Of a stretch of DNA of 64,000 nt, positions 1 through 15,894 are shown piece by piece. Source of the stretch: the human T2T-CHM13v2.0 reference genome, Homo sapiens. Made by a program: the position numbers and the translations under genes. Under the pieces are notes generated by a model, which was not told the origin of the DNA, searched no databases, and saw nothing but the letters and a program-made list of their open reading frames with translations. How positions within the stretch are numbered: position 1 is the stretch's first letter; the number at the start of each line of letters is the position of its first letter. The stretch is from NCBI RefSeq assembly GCF_009914755.1, contig NC_060930.1, one strand, 5' to 3'.

Positions 1-84
1 TGTGTTGCCTAAGCTGGTCTCGAACTCCTCCTGTCTCAGCCTCCCAAAGTGTTGGGATTACAGGTGTGAGCCACTGTACTGGTC
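1..84 (-). mobile_element. Alu left-arm fragment (cut by window edge)
   Basis: ctcccaaagtgttgggattacaggtgtgagccac is antisense Alu 5' end. Confidence 0.9.
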
Positions 85-1377
85 TGCAGCCTTGTTCTTG
101 AGTGTAGTAGGTGTGTCTATACCGATACATGTTACACTTTGTCATCTTTAGTATTTGTTTAGCATATGGTAACAAAAAATTTTTTAAAAATTAGGGATAC
201 AAATTAAAATTGGGGAGTATTTTCTGCCCTCTAGGTCATACTGGACATGGGGGAAGGGTAGAAGAGGGATGAAGAGGAATTAAAGAGACCAGAAAACAAC
301 TAGTCGCAGTGTTGGGAGGTATAAACCAATGGTAATTTTTAAAAATGTGAATTTATTAACTCCTTGTTTTTTCATGGTGGCACCAAAAATTAATCTTAGT
401 CTCCCACTTAAACTCATCAGCCTCCCCAAAGCCTTTCCAGATAAGCATATGCTCCATGTAAAAGCAGACTGCCTGCGATCCAACTCAGCTTAGAGACAAG
501 GCACACTTCCAACTCCCAAGGCCTCCTTCTTGTATAGAGATGCTGGTGCTGCCACTGTGAAATACATCATACACTCAGACAGTATAAACCTTAGAGTGCA
601 ATGTAAAGAATAACAATAGATCACACCCAAGTACGAGTCACCCGGCTGAAGAACTAGAACATCGCCAGGCCCCTGGAGCCCCTGAGTACCCCTCTCCATT
701 GCCTTCCACTCACTTCTCGCCTCCCACCCAAGGAACCACTATTCTGGATGTTGTGTTAACTTTTTCCCTTGCTTATATGAAAAACCCTGAGGAAAGGAAG
801 TTTCCCAACAAGCATTTCCACAATAACCTGGAGCATTCTTTATTTTTCTTTTTTTCTCAAGGAGCATTGTTATTGAACTTAAAAGCAGGCTATTGAGGGT
901 AAGATACAAACCACAAAAAAGCCGAAAGTCTCAAAGTCGGGGGATCTTTTAGTCTCTGTCTTCTTCCAAGTTTCTCCTGTCTCCCTGGCACGGATCCCGA
1001 AGGTGTGTTCTGTCTGTGTAGGGGAGACCCAGTCTCTTCCAACATAGATTGATGGCTGTGATTTTAAAAGCTTTGCTTGAGTCCCTAAGAAGTGGGAAAA
1101 CAGTAATTTGGGTGCGTGCGTTTTAGAAGTTTTTTTAAAAATGCAAATTATCCAGAAGGCATTGTGTGGGATTTGAAGGATTAAGCTAAGAGTGACCTTT
1201 AAAAATGGTTTTAACAACCCAAATTCCTCTTCCTGGTTGATATGTTTGTGTTATTGTCTTTGTTTTATTTCTTCAAGGTCACATGGCTTTCCTTGGTGAA
1301 TCTTACACTGTTTTGTTACTTCTTGGTTAAGGCAAAGATTCTGAAACTTGGTTTCATGGAGCCCTTAGTGTCTGAGT

Positions 1378-1451
1378 TAATTTTTTCACAATTCCCTTAG
1401 GCTTCAGTAGTTAGTAATTTTTTCACAATTCCCTTAGGTTTCAGTAGTTAG
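1378..1451. repeat. 37-bp tandem duplication, 2 copies, 1 mismatch
   Basis: taattttttcacaattcccttagg(c/t)ttcagtagttag twice. Confidence 0.95.
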
Positions 1452-1887
1452 TAGTTAGGTTCAAACAACTGAGTATTTACTTAGAAGTTGTTTGAAAAAA
1501 TAATATACATAAACTGAGAGAAAAAATATTTTACATCCTTTAAAGTCATAATTACTAACCGTATGTGTGTGCCTATACTACTTTTCAAACCTTGGGATCG
1601 TGTTGGACACTGCCACTCTCATTTCCTGTTTCACATTAATATTTCCGCAGCATTTGGCTTTTATCACAGCAGCCACAGAAAACCCAGCTTTGCAAAGATG
1701 TATTGTCTTGGATAGGAATGTAACATGATCTACTGTTGAAACTGCAAACTACCTCCAGTTAATAGGTTCAGCAGTGTCCAGACATGTTTGGTATACTAGT
1801 TTCCATTGAAATTTTCAGATTTTCTACATTGCCCATTTTAATTTGCTATAGTTGCAAAACACCCAGTCAGGGGGTCCAAAATAGTAA

Positions 1888-2105
1888 ACTTTGAAAACAT
1901 TATGCTAGGTGAAATAAGTTAGTCACAGAAGGGACAATATTGTATGATTCTGTTTATATTAGGTACCTAGAGTAGTCATACACATGGAGACAGAAAGTAG
2001 AATGGTAGTTACCAGGGGTAGGGGGAGGACAGAATAGGGAATTCATGTACTATTTTTGCAACTTCTATGTAAGACTAATATTATTTCAAAATAAAGTTTT
2101 TAAAC
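1888..2105 (+). mobile_element. Old L1 (L1MB/MC-type) 3' end
   Basis: aaaacattatgctaggtgaaataag...gaaagtagaatggtagttaccaggg...aaataaagtt. Confidence 0.8.
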
Positions 2106-2359
2106 GTTTTTTAAAAACAAATTCTGTTGATGGTGCCCCACTGCTGGACTGTACCAAGGCACTGAGGTTAGGGACAGCAGCAGAGAAAAGCTTAGGGGTG
2201 ACATTATCTCTATTTCCCAGCTCTTCCTCATCCCGTCAAGGGGGAAGAGATGGAAGAAATAGCTATGTTCTCTCTCTTTTATAGGGAAGTGTCTGCATTA
2301 TTTACTGGTGGGTTCCTTTATAAACCTGAGGATCAGCTATTAAATTTGTCACTAAAATA

Positions 2360-2530
2360 AGAATTTTTAACCTGGGGTTCAGTGGTGGGCTACAAATACT
2401 CTAAGATCTCCCAAAATTATGTATAAGTATTTAAGTGAATGCTCTTATGTATGTTTGAGGGGGAAGAAGTTCCATAGCTTTCATCAGATTCTCAAATGGT
2501 TTCCTAAGTCAAAAAAGGTTAGTAAGCGCT
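2360..2530. mobile_element. hAT-Charlie MITE (MER103-like)
   Basis: ttaacctgggg...ccatagctttcatcagattctcaaa...aaaaaaggtta. Confidence 0.6.
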
Positions 2531-3154
2531 ATAAGGAAATATTTACAGATTCCTACCTACCCCCACCCCATAAAAGGCCCCTTTATTTGGATGTCTTATC
2601 CCATTTCAGTTCTCTGACATATCTTTCCCCCACCAGTTACAAGAGGCTTTCTTTCTGCTCAGACCCCAGATAAGCCCGACCAGTTCTTTTTCCTCAGAGC
2701 CCCCAGCTATTCATCTGGATCCTGAAAACTCCAGGACCAATTCCTCAAGAGCCAAAGGAAGTCCCAGAATGAACATCTTGGACTTCTGAATAGGGCAGAT
2801 GTGGAACTGAAGTCTCACAACTGCCACATCTCTCTGTGCCCTCCTTAGGTCTAGAAAAATATGAAGTAAATAATAATATATTAGGTACACAGCTATGGAA
2901 AAACTCATGAAGATGGTACTGAATGACTGAAGTCCAGTACATTCTGCTTTGGGGGAGGCAAATTTAATTTTAAGAGTGTCTTCTGGTTTACACTTTATGT
3001 TCCAAATGTATTCTAAATATAGCATACAATACGTCCTACCTTGTTTCATATCCAGTGATACAGATGAGCTATAGAATTTACACAGTGTTAGAAAAGATGT
3101 TAAATATCAGAATTTACTTAATAAGTAGGTCTCTACTCATTCAGACTGGTTTCA

Positions 3155-3369
3155 TTTTATTTTATTTTATTTTTGAGGCAAGGTCTCGCTGTCACCCAGG
3201 CTAGAGTGCAGTGGTGCAATTTCAACTCACTGCAACCTCTGCCTCCTGGGCTCAAAGCCATCCTCTCACCTCAGCCTCCTAAGTAGCTGGGACTACAGGC
3301 ACATAACACCACGCCCTACTATTTTTGTATTTTTGGTAGAGACAGGGTTTCACCTTGTTGCCCAGGCTC
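3155..3369 (-). mobile_element. AluJ, 5'-truncated
   Basis: poly-T tail, right arm and part of left arm. Confidence 0.9.
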
Positions 3370-3531
3370 ACACTGGTTTTAAACTCAGATGAATGGGGTA
3401 GGTAAGTGGCAAAAATGGTAACCTGCAAGCTCTTCTTATACATATGATTCCTCAATAGTTGCATTTATCTTAGAAATACTTCAATAAATCATGATTTGAG
3501 TCTTTCACCGATACAGGTATATTCTGTATGC

Positions 3532-3946
3532 TGTAAGGTAGGCTAACTGCTGTAACAAACATTTCCAAACCTCAGTGGTTTAATCTAGCTCACACAAGTC
3601 CTAATCAGTTATTCCTGTTGGGCAGCTCTCCTGGGTAGCTGTCCTTCAGGTGACTCAGGGATCAAGGTTCATTCCTTCTTGTGATGCCACCATCTTCATG
3701 TGGTCTCCAGAGTCACTGCAAGGGGGAAAGAGTATGGCAAAAGGAAACCGTGTTGACTGCCTTCACCAGCAAGGGAAACACATCACTTCTGCTTACATTC
3801 TATTGGCAGAACCAGTCACATGGCCTCAACTAGATTCAAGGAAGCTAGGAAATACAGTCCCTGGCTGGGCAACTGTTTCTTAGTAAAAATAATTTACTTT
3901 GGGAAAGGAATAGAACTCTTTGGTGGATGAGTAGCCATTTTTTGTA
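3532..3946 (-). mobile_element. Old MaLR LTR (MLT1J/K/L-like)
   Basis: ctgctgtaacaaac...ctcagtggtttaa; catcacttctgcttacattctattggcagaaccagtcacatggc. Confidence 0.65.
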
Positions 3947-4012
3947 CAATAAGGTGCTAGTGTTTTAACTGGTCAATTAAGTGTAACTGCCTTTATGTAA
4001 TTTATTTCTAAC

Positions 4013-4303
4013 TTTTTTTTTTAGACAAAATCTCGCTCTGTTGCCTAGGCTGGAGTGCAATGGTGCGATCTTGGCTCACCACAACCTCCACCACCCAGGT
4101 TCAAGTGATTCTCCTGCCTCAGCCTCCTGAGTAGCTAGGATTACAGGCAGCCACCACTGTGCCTGGCTAATTTTTGTATTTTTAGTAGAGTCAGTGTTTT
4201 GCCACATTGGCCAGTCTGATTTCGAACTCCTGACCTCAGGTGATCCGCCGGCCTCGGCCTCCTAAAGTGCTGGGATTACAGGTGTGAGCCACTGCACCTG
4301 GCC
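4013..4303 (-). mobile_element. AluS
   Basis: full dimer; TSD tatttct(a/t)acttt. Confidence 0.95.
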
Positions 4304-5060
4304 TATTTCTTACTTTCTAAACATATATGTGTATATGTATATATATGTATGTGTTTGTATATATATATATACACTGTATAAATAAAATGTTATGTCTTCA
4401 TAGTGGAGGGTGTGGAGAAGACTTCTATACAGGAAACAAATGTATCATAATTGCCATGTGAGCAGATAAAAATGCTATTAAGCCATCTAGGCTCAGACAT
4501 TTATTAGGGAATGAAGCATATTTAATTTACTCAGAATCATCCAACCATGTAGAGAATTGTACATTTGAGAAAGACGGAGCAGAGAAAGATTAGCAAAGAA
4601 CAAGAATATGCATGTCTTAATGGCTTCGTTAATGTTATCATAAGAGTTTAAAACTACTTTAGGCTGCTGGCAATAGGCTAGGTATGAAACTTATTCCCCC
4701 TTCAAAAAAAAAAGTTTTTGCCATGGAATGTGTTACATAATCACAAAGTATATGTGTCAATTTTACTTATTTGCTCTTAAGGGAAAGTAAAATTGTAAAA
4801 TTTGTATCTGTTTTTCTTATTTGTTTGAAGTAAATTTGTGCCCAAGAGGGTGCACAGCATCAAATGGTAGACATTAAAGGATTACAAGATCATGTGAAAG
4901 ATCCCAAGACCCAGTTAGAGTCATGGAGAAACTTCAGTAATGTGCACTAATTCTAGTAATGCTTCAGCGTCATTTATCTGTTACTAGTTGACATTGGGCT
5001 GTTCTACCTAAGGAAAAGGCCCAAATAATTAAAATTTACCATCTTTTAAATCCTAATTTT

Positions 5061-5358
<298 letters not shown>

Positions 5359-5408
5359 TAAATCCTAATTTTAAAATAAAGTTTCCTGTTTCATGGTGCT
5401 CATATTGG

Positions 5409-5983
5409 TGTAGTGAAGGAAAAAATAATTTTTCCTCTACTCTTGTGAGTTCTCAGCTGGGAGCCCTGTAACAAAACATAGGTTAACAAGAGAAAAACAA
5501 ATGGAAGTTTATTAACATGCATATTTCATATATACATGGGAGAAAATTCAGGGAAAGAGTAATTCTCAAAAAGATTTCTTAGAACTCTGGCTTATATAGC
5601 ATCTTCAACAAAGAACAGTACACTTTTAGAGAAGTGACAAGACAAAGGAAAAAGACCTTCAGTCTTTAGCGATGGCGAATTGTAGGAAGGCAAATACATG
5701 GGGAACTAATGGCAGATAAAGGCTAGTTAGTGCAGTTTGTTATGTAGATGCCTCTGGTGCCTTCTCTAGGCTGTTAAGGACCTAAAGCTGTCTTCTGTGA
5801 CTAACCTTTATCCTTCCTGGTGGAGAGAGGAGAAGGGACACCTTTGTTAATTTATGTCCTGCTTTTAGCAAATAGGGGAAGGCAAGGAGCTTTTCTTGTA
5901 TCCACTTCTCAGTTGCCTTCGGCTCAAAATAATCCTTATGCCAAAGTGGCATATTTTGGGGTAGCATATCCTGATACTTTTCA
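5409..5983 (-). mobile_element. ERV1 solo LTR (MER34/MER39 family)
   Basis: minus strand starts tgaaaagtatcaggatatgctaccccaaaatatgccactttggcataaggattattttgagc. Confidence 0.75.
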
Positions 5984-6002
5984 TTGGAATTAAAGATGCA
6001 CT

Positions 6003-6181
6003 AGCTGGGTGTGGCAGTGAGCACCTGTAGTCCCAGCTACTTGGGAGAGGCTAAGGTGGGAGGATCGATCGCTTGAGCCCAGGAGTTTGAGGTTGCAGTG
6101 CAATATGATCATGCCTATGAATAGCCACTGCACTCCAGCCTAGGCAACATAGCAAGATCCCATCTCGAAAAAAAAAAAAAA
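6003..6181 (+). mobile_element. FAM (fossil Alu monomer)
   Basis: monomer retaining 7SL-type atgatcatgcctatgaatagccactgcactccag; poly-A tail. Confidence 0.85.
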
Positions 6182-6193
6182 GTTGTACTAGAC

Positions 6194-6384
6194 TAAAGGT
6201 TGGCAAATTATAGCCATGGCCCAAATCCAGCTTGATGCCTGTTTCATTCCTTTGCATGGTGTCTATAGCTGCTTTCAACTGCTATGGCAGAGTTGAGTAG
6301 TTTCCACAGAGATTACCTGGCCCACAAAACCTGATATATTTTACTATCTGTTTTTTTACAGAAAAACATGTTGATGATGCCTTC
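6194..6384. mobile_element. MER58A-like hAT-Charlie MITE
   Basis: ggttggcaaa...ggcagagttgagtag...ggcccacaaaacct...tttacagaaaaa. Confidence 0.75.
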
Positions 6385-6520
6385 ACTAGATACAAAATTA
6401 GTATAACTCAGTTTGATAATAACTCTGTTCCTAGTTAGAACCTACTTAATCTCTGTGGCCCACTGTTACTTCACTATAGTGGGGATAAATGACCTTGAAC
6501 AAGTTACCGAATGTATCTTC

Positions 6521-6813
6521 TTTTTTTTTGAGACAGAGTCTCGCTCTGTCTCCCAGGCTGGAGTGCAGTGGTGTGATCTCAGTTGGCTGCAACCTCTGCC
6601 TCCCGGGTTCAGGTGATTCTCCTGCCTCAGCCTCCTGAGTAGCTGGGATTACAGGCACCCGCCACCATGCCTGGCTAACTTTTTTATATTTTTAGTACAG
6701 ACAGGGTTTGGCCATGTTGGCCAGGCTCATCTGGAGCTCCTGACCTCAAGTGATCTGCCTGCCTCGGCCTCCCAAAGTGCTGGGATTACAGGCATGAGCC
6801 ACTGCACCTGGCC
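6521..6813 (-). mobile_element. AluS
   Basis: full dimer; TSD gaat(g/t)tatcttc. Confidence 0.95.
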
Positions 6814-6832
6814 GAATTTATCTTCCAGTTAG

Positions 6833-7292
<460 letters not shown>

Positions 7293-7356
7293 AGCCATGG
7301 TTTTCAAGAGGTCCTCGGAACATGTGTCTAGGTGGTTGGGTTACAGCTTGGTTTTA

Positions 7357-7656
7357 TTTTTATTTTTTTATTTTTTTGAGACAGGGTCTCACTCTGTCGC
7401 CCAGGCTGGAGCAGTGGCATGATCTCAGCTCATGCAGCCTCTGCCTCCCAGGTTCAAGCACTTCTCGTGCCTCAGTCTCCTAAGTAGCTGGGATTACACG
7501 CATGCGCTCCCACACCCAGTTAATTTTTGTATTTTTAGTAGAGACGGGGTTTCGCCATGTTCCCTAGGCTGGTCTCGAACTCCTGGGCTCAAGCAATCCA
7601 CCTGCCTTGGCTCCCCAGAGTGCTGGGATTACAGGCCTGAGCCACTGCGCCTGGCC
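7357..7656 (-). mobile_element. AluJ inside MER4
   Basis: TSD cagcttggtttta. Confidence 0.95.
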
Positions 7657-7702
7657 CATCAGCTTGGTTTTATACATTTGAGGGAGGCATAGACACCAAT
7701 CA

Positions 7703-8016
7703 GGCTGGGTGAGGTGGCTCACGCCTATAGTCCCAGCACTTTGGGAGGCTAAGGTGGTCAGATTGCTTGAGCCTGGGAGTTCAAGACCAGCCTGTGCAAC
7801 ATAGTGAAAGCCCATCTATTAAAAAAAAAAAAAATTAGCCAGGCATGGTGGTGCATGTTTGTAGTCCCAGCTATTCAGGAGTCTGAGGTAAGAGGATCGC
7901 TTGAGCCTGGGAGGTCGAGACTCCAGTGAGCCAAGACTGGCACCACTGCACTCCAACAGAGTGTCAGACCCTGGGCAACAGAGCAAAACCCTGTCTCAAA
8001 AAAAAAAAAAAAAAAA
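7703..8016 (+). mobile_element. AluJ inside MER4
   Basis: TSD agaca(c/g)caatca. Confidence 0.95.
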
Positions 8017-8832
8017 AGACAGCAATCATTATCTGTGAGGTGTGTATTGGTTTGGTTCAAAGATTTTCTCATTGGCAATTGGTTGCAAAAGTTATTATCT
8101 AAAGATCTGGAATCAGTAGACAGAAGTCTCTGGGTTACGATAAGGGGTTGTGGAGACCAAGGTTCTTATTATGTAGGTGAAGTCTCATAGGTGGCCACCA
8201 TTAGAGACCACAGATGGCAGATGTTTTCTGTTTAAACCTTTAAAAGATGCTGGACTCTCAGTTGATCTCATTAGCACATGGAGGGACTAGAGGGGGTAAG
8301 ATCTAGTTATGTTAATAGAGACTCTTTGCAGAAGCAATTTTCCCCCCACAAAAGATGGCTTTGTAGGGCCATTTCAAAATATGGCAAAGAAACATATTTT
8401 GGGATAAAATACTTTGATTTTCTTCTTTATCTGTCATGTGATACTAGAGTCAGATTGGAAATTGGTACCTTATTGCTACAAAGAATCTGTTTTGTCAGTT
8501 TGAAGATCTCTGTTTTAATCTTACTGCTGGTCAGTTGTGCCTGAACTCCAAAAGGGAAGGTATAATGAAGCACATCTGCTTCCCCCACCCCTGCCTATTT
8601 TTCAGGTTTCTTTGGAATTCTTTGACCCGGGTGGGGGTGAAGAGGATCCATTCAGTTGGTTGGGGGAGCTTAGAATTTTATTTTTGGCTTAAATGTAAGA
8701 ATAATCTGGGGAATATATTAAAATTTGGGAATTCTCAGCCTTACTCCATAGATTCTAATTCACTAGGTCTGGGGAGGCACACATTTAACAATCACCCCAG
8801 ATTCTGATGAGGTGACCTGTGGTCCACAAATT

Positions 8833-9053
8833 ATTTTATTTTTTGAGACAGGGTCTCACTCTGTGACCCAGGCTGGAATGCAGAGGTGTGATCATGGTTC
8901 TGCAGCCTCAACCTCTCAGGTTCAAGCAATCCTCCCACTTCAGCCTCCCATCTCAGCCACCTGAGTAGCTGGGACTACAGGCGCATGCCACTACACCTGG
9001 CTAATTTTTGTATTTTTTGTAGAGATGAGATTTTGCCATGTTGCTGAGGCTGG
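8833..9053 (-). mobile_element. AluJ, 5'-truncated
   Basis: right arm plus partial left arm. Confidence 0.9.
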
Positions 9054-9968
9054 CACCCTTTAAATAATTTGAGCCCTTATGGCAATTTGTCTTTTGGTTC
9101 CTAAAAATTGTTTCGTAGCTCTAGATAAAGTTCTTGTCTCAACCAGCATTGAAGCCTTGCCTACCTGATAGGAGAGCTTGGAACCAAGAGGGGAATGCCC
9201 AATGGCATTAATCATTAGCTTCTGAGCAGAGCAGTAAGCTTGTCGTATAAATCAAATCACTCACTGTGTGAGCTTATCTACAGAGACCTCTGCAGCTTCG
9301 CTTCCGAATAGAAATGATAGAAAAAGTTGGCACTGGGGCTTTAGTGAATGTGAATGGTTTATATCGGAGCTCAGTTTGCCTGTTGATGCTAAGAGAAAAC
9401 AAATTAAAGTTAAAATGAGCACTGTGGCCCTGCATTAGCCATCTTTTTTAAAAATCAAGGTAAAAGTTAATAAAAGAAAGAGCTTTGATGAGAGGAAGGA
9501 CCTAAGTCCAGGCACTTTAAGAACAAATACTTGTTTGTTTATAGTTTTCTGAATCTCCAGAAGGTACTATCCTGAGTTACAGAATATCTATTGAACGGCT
9601 TGCTTACTGAAGCCTTTGTTTTCCTCCATTTGCTGTTCAAAAACTTAGGAGAGAGCGGCAGATCAGTAATGAATAACAGCAAAATCCCCTGGCACCTGTT
9701 GGATTTTTATACAAAACAGAAAAAGTTAAAACTTGAAGGAACAATGAAAGAACCTCACATCTCCAGTACTCAATATGATTGAAGTTAGGTTGCTACTGTT
9801 TAGAAGCACTGTTTTAAAACTGAGGTTTTGATGCCTTAAAACATTTTTCATCTTTGTTACCTTGCTGAAATAAAATCTAAAAGTTGCATTGGGTATAAGC
9901 CAGGATATATTGTACTTTGAAATATAAGTAAACATTTTATCATCCAATGACAGACTTATAACTAATTA

Positions 9969-10344
<376 letters not shown>

Positions 10345-10628
10345 TCTATGTAAGACTATCAAAGGATTCCTTTACATAATGAGCTCCCCTAGTCCCTAGA
10401 TATTTGATATATAGGCATAGCTCATTTTATTGCACTTTGCAGATACGTGTTTTTCACGAATTGAAGGCTTGTGGTAATTCTGTGTTGAGCGTCTATCAGT
10501 ACCATTTTTCCAACAACATGTGCTCTCTCTGTGTCTCTATGTCACACTTTGGTAATTCTCACAATATTTCACACTTTTTCTTTATTATTATGAAAAATTG
10601 TTTCGGTGATCTGTGATCAGAGATCTTT

Positions 10629-11241
<613 letters not shown>

Positions 11242-11434
11242 GATCAGAGATCTTTGATGTTATTATTGTAATCATTTTGGGACACCATGAATTGTGCCCA
11301 AATAAGAAGGAGAACTTAATTAATAAGTGTTGTATGTGTTCTGGCTGTTCCACTGACCAGCTGTTACCCATCTCTCTCCCTCTCTTTGGGCCTCCTATTC
11401 CCTAAGACACAGCAATATTAAAATTAGGTGAATT

Positions 11435-11822
<388 letters not shown>

Positions 11823-11964
11823 TCAAGAGTTAGAATTAATATTAGTGAGGCAGGCATGTCAAAAACCAAGATAGAATGAAAGCTAGGACTCTTGTGCCAA
11901 AGGGCTAGCCAAGTTGTGAATGCAAAGGAAAAATTCTTGAAAGAAATTAAAAGTGCTACTCTAG

Positions 11965-12626
11965 GGCTGGGTGCAGTGGCTCACTCTTGTAATCCCAGCA
12001 CGTTAGGAGGCTGAGGCAGGAGGATGGCTTTAGACCAGGAGTTCAAGACCAGCCTGACCAACTGATATAGTTTGGCCGTGTCCCCACCCAAATCTCATCT
12101 TGAACTGTAGCTCCCATAATCCCCATGTGTCGTGGGAGGGACCTGGTGGAAGGTAATTTAATCATGGGGGCAGTTACCCTCGTGCTCTTCTTGTGATAGT
12201 GAGTTCTCACGAGATTGGATAGTTTTATAAGGGGCTTTTTCCCCTTTTGATTGGCACTTCTTGCTGCTGCCATGTGAAGAAGGAGGTGTTTGCTTCCTCT
12301 TCTGCCATGATTGTGAGTTTCCTGAGGGTTCCCCAGCCCTGCGGAACTGAGTCAATTAAACCTCTTTCCTTTATAAACTACCCAGTCTTGGGTATTTCTT
12401 TGTAGCAGCATGATAATTGACTAATACACCAACGTAGTGAAATCCTGTCTCTACAAAAAATTAAAAAATTAGCAGGGCATGGTGATATGCACCTGTAGTT
12501 CTAGCTATTCGGGAAGGCTGAGGTGGGAGGATCACTTAAGCCTGGGAGGTTGAGGCTGCAGTGAGCTATGATTGTGCCACTGTATTTCAGCTTAGGTGAC
12601 AGAGTGAGACCCTGTCTCAAAAAAAA
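11965..12626 (+). mobile_element. AluJ inside Tigger1, split by THE1 LTR
   Basis: left arm to 12062, resumes 12434. Confidence 0.9.
12063..12428 (+). mobile_element. THE1 (THE1D-like) MaLR solo LTR
   Basis: tgatatagtttggccgtgtccccacccaaatctc...actaataca; 5-bp TSD ccaac. Confidence 0.92.
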
Positions 12627-13049
12627 GGGAGGGGGGCCACTCCACTGTACACAGGAGTGACAAGAAAGTGAAACAGCCTTATTGTTATTGCTGATATGGA
12701 GAAAGTTTGAGTGGTCTAGATAGATTAAACCAGCCACAACATTCCCTAAAGCCAAGGCCTAACCCAGAACAAGGCTCTGACTCTATCAATTGTGTAAAGG
12801 CTGAGAGAGGTGGGAAGCTGCAGAAAAAAAGTCTGAAGCTAGCAGAGATTGGTTCATGAGGTTTAAGAAACCATCTCTGTAACATAAAAGTGCAAGGTAA
12901 AGCAGCCAGTGCTGATGTTGAAGCTACAGCAAGTTATCCATAAGCTCTAGCTAAGATTGTTGATTGATGAAGATGGCTACACTGACGAATAGATTTTCAA
13001 TGTGGATGAAACAGCCTTCTACTGGAAGGAGAGTCCATTTAGGACTTTC

Positions 13050-13366
13050 TTTTTCTTTCTTTTTCTTTTGAGGTGGAGTTTTACTCTTGTTGCCCAGGCT
13101 GGAGAGCAATGGTGTGATGTCGGGTCACTGCAACCTCTGCCTCCTGGTTCAAGCGATTTTCCTGCCTCAGCCTCCCAAGCAGCTGGGATTACAGGCATGT
13201 GCCACCACGCCCAGCTAATTTTTTTTTTTTTTTTTTTTTTTTTTTCAGTAGAGATGGGGTTTCTCCATGTTGGTCAGGCTGGTCTTGAACTCCCAACCTC
13301 AAGTGATCCGCCTGCCTCGGCCTCCCAGAGTGCTGGGATTACAGGCGTGAGCCACTGCACCCAGCT
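13050..13366 (-). mobile_element. AluSp-like inside Tigger1
   Basis: TSD ccatttaggactttc. Confidence 0.95.
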
Positions 13367-13532
13367 CCATTTAGGACTTTCATAGCTAGAAAAGACAAGA
13401 CAATGCTTGGCTTTAAATCCAAAGAATAGGCCGACTCTGGTTAGGAGCTAATGCAACTGATGACTTTAGTTGAAGCCAGTTCTCATTTACCATTTGGAAA
13501 ATCCTAGGACATTTTAAGAATTATGATACGTT

Positions 13533-13830
13533 GGCCAGGTGAGGTGGCTCACACCTGTAATCCCAGCATTTTAGGAGACCAAGTCAGGAAGATTGCTTGA
13601 ACCCAGGAGTTTGAGACCAGCCTGGGCAACATGGTGAAACCCCATCTCTACAAAAAATAAAAAATTAGCCAGGTGTTGTGGCATGTGCCTGTAGTTCCAG
13701 CTACTCAGGAGGCTGAGGTAGGAAGATCACCTGAGACTGGAAGGTTGAGGCTGCAGTGAGCCATGATTGTGCCACTGCACTACAGCCTGGGTGACAGCAA
13801 GACCTTGTCAAAAAAGAAAAAAAAAAAAAA
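13533..13830 (+). mobile_element. AluJ inside Tigger1
   Basis: TSD aagaattat. Confidence 0.93.
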
Positions 13831-14129
13831 GAATTATACTACATCTACTCTGTCTGTGCCGTATAAATGGAACAGCAAAGCCCAGATGACAGTACATCTA
13901 TTTACAGGTGGTTTACTGAATATGTTAAGCCCACTGTTAAGACCTACTGCTTAGAAAACAAGATTTCTTTCAAAATTACTGCTCATTGACAATGTACCTA
14001 GTCACCCAAGAGCTCTGATGGCATTGTACAAGGAGATTAATATTTTCATGCCTACTAAACACAACATCCATTCTTCAGCCCATGGATCAAAGAGTTAATT
14101 TCTATTTTCAAGTCTTATTTAAGAAATAT

Positions 14130-14550
<421 letters not shown>

Positions 14551-14809
14551 TCATGATTCATGAGAGGAGGTCAAAATGTCAACATTAACAGGGTTCTGAA
14601 GAGGCTGATTCCAACCCTCGGGTCACTTTGAGGGATTCAAGACTTGGTGGAGGAAGGAAATGCAGATGTGGTGGAAATAGTAAGAGAACTACAGTTAGAA
14701 GTGCAGCCTGAAGATGCAACTGAATTGCTGCAATCTCATGATAAAACTTGAAAGGCTGAGGAGTTGCTTTTTATGGATGAGCAAAGAAAGTGGTTTCTTG
14801 AGGTAGACT

Positions 14810-15239
14810 TGTGAAAGTTGCAGATACCAGATGAAATCACTTTTTGTCAGACCCAAACAAACTAGAGCCAGGAGAGCATGAAGGGGAAGGCTCATGTTTG
14901 CATGGCTGAGATAAAGACTGTCTCAAAGACTTTCCAAAATAACCCTGCAAATAATTATTTCTTTAGAATTGCAGCAATTCAGACAAGATGCTCTCAAAAG
15001 CATACCTGCCCAGTAACGGCATTTTCACCAATGAACCTATGCCATCTCTGAGTCCCTGAAACCAATGAGCTCTGTTTTCAAGCACCTTATGTGAACCTCT
15101 CATTCTGCCAATAAAAGCTTCCCTTTACCCTCCCCTCTTCAGTTGCATATGTGGCTTGCCATTGTGCATCTCAGTTTATAATTCTCTTTTCTAACTCCCG
15201 AAAAAATTTAACATATTTGGAGATATTTTTTGGTTGAAA
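14810..15239 (+). mobile_element. ERV1-class solo LTR (LTR47/MER72-like) inside Tigger1
   Basis: starts tgtgaaagttgcagatacc; internal aataaa; Tigger1 resumes exactly after it; 4-bp TSD gact/gaat. Confidence 0.7.
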
Positions 15240-15435
15240 GAATCTATCTCGGGTGAAGATGCTGTGAATATTGTTGAAATGATGACAGAGAATTTAGAAT
15301 ATTACATAAAATTAGTTGATAAAGCAACCACTGGGCTGGAGAGGATTGACTCTGATTTTGAAAGGAGTTCTGTGGATAAAATGCTGTCAAACAGCTGTTA
15401 CATGCGACAGAGAAATCTCATTAAAGAAAGAATCA

Positions 15436-15702
15436 GGCTGGGCACGGTGGCTCATGCCTGTAATCTCAGCACTTTGGGAGGCTGAGGTGGGTGGATCACC
15501 TGAGGTCAGGAGATCCAGACCAGCCTGGCCAGCGTAGTGAAACCTCGTCTCTACTAAAAATACAAAAATTAGCCGGGTGTGGTGGCAGGCGCCTATAATC
15601 CCAGCTACTCGGGAGGCTGAGGCAGGAGAATCACTTGAACCCAGGAGGTGCAGGTTGTGGTGAGCCTCGCGACAGAGTGAGACTCCATCTCAAAAAAAAA
15701 AA
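15436..15702 (+). mobile_element. AluS with right-arm deletion
   Basis: TSD aagaatca. Confidence 0.92.
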
Positions 15703-15894
15703 AGAGGAAGAATCAGTTGATTCAGAAACTTCATTGTTGTCTTTATGAAATTGCAACAGCCACCCCAACATTCAACAACGATCACCCTGATCAGTCATCA
15801 GCCACCGGGCTTGAGACAAGGCCCTCCACTAGCAAAAACATTATGACCTACTGAAGGTTCAGATGATCATCAGCATTTTTAGCAACAAAGTATT

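Noticed and set aside
280-600. Unassigned segment with minus-strand AATAAA and short ORFs
   Set aside because: No recognisable protein or RNA similarity; cannot support a pseudogene call.
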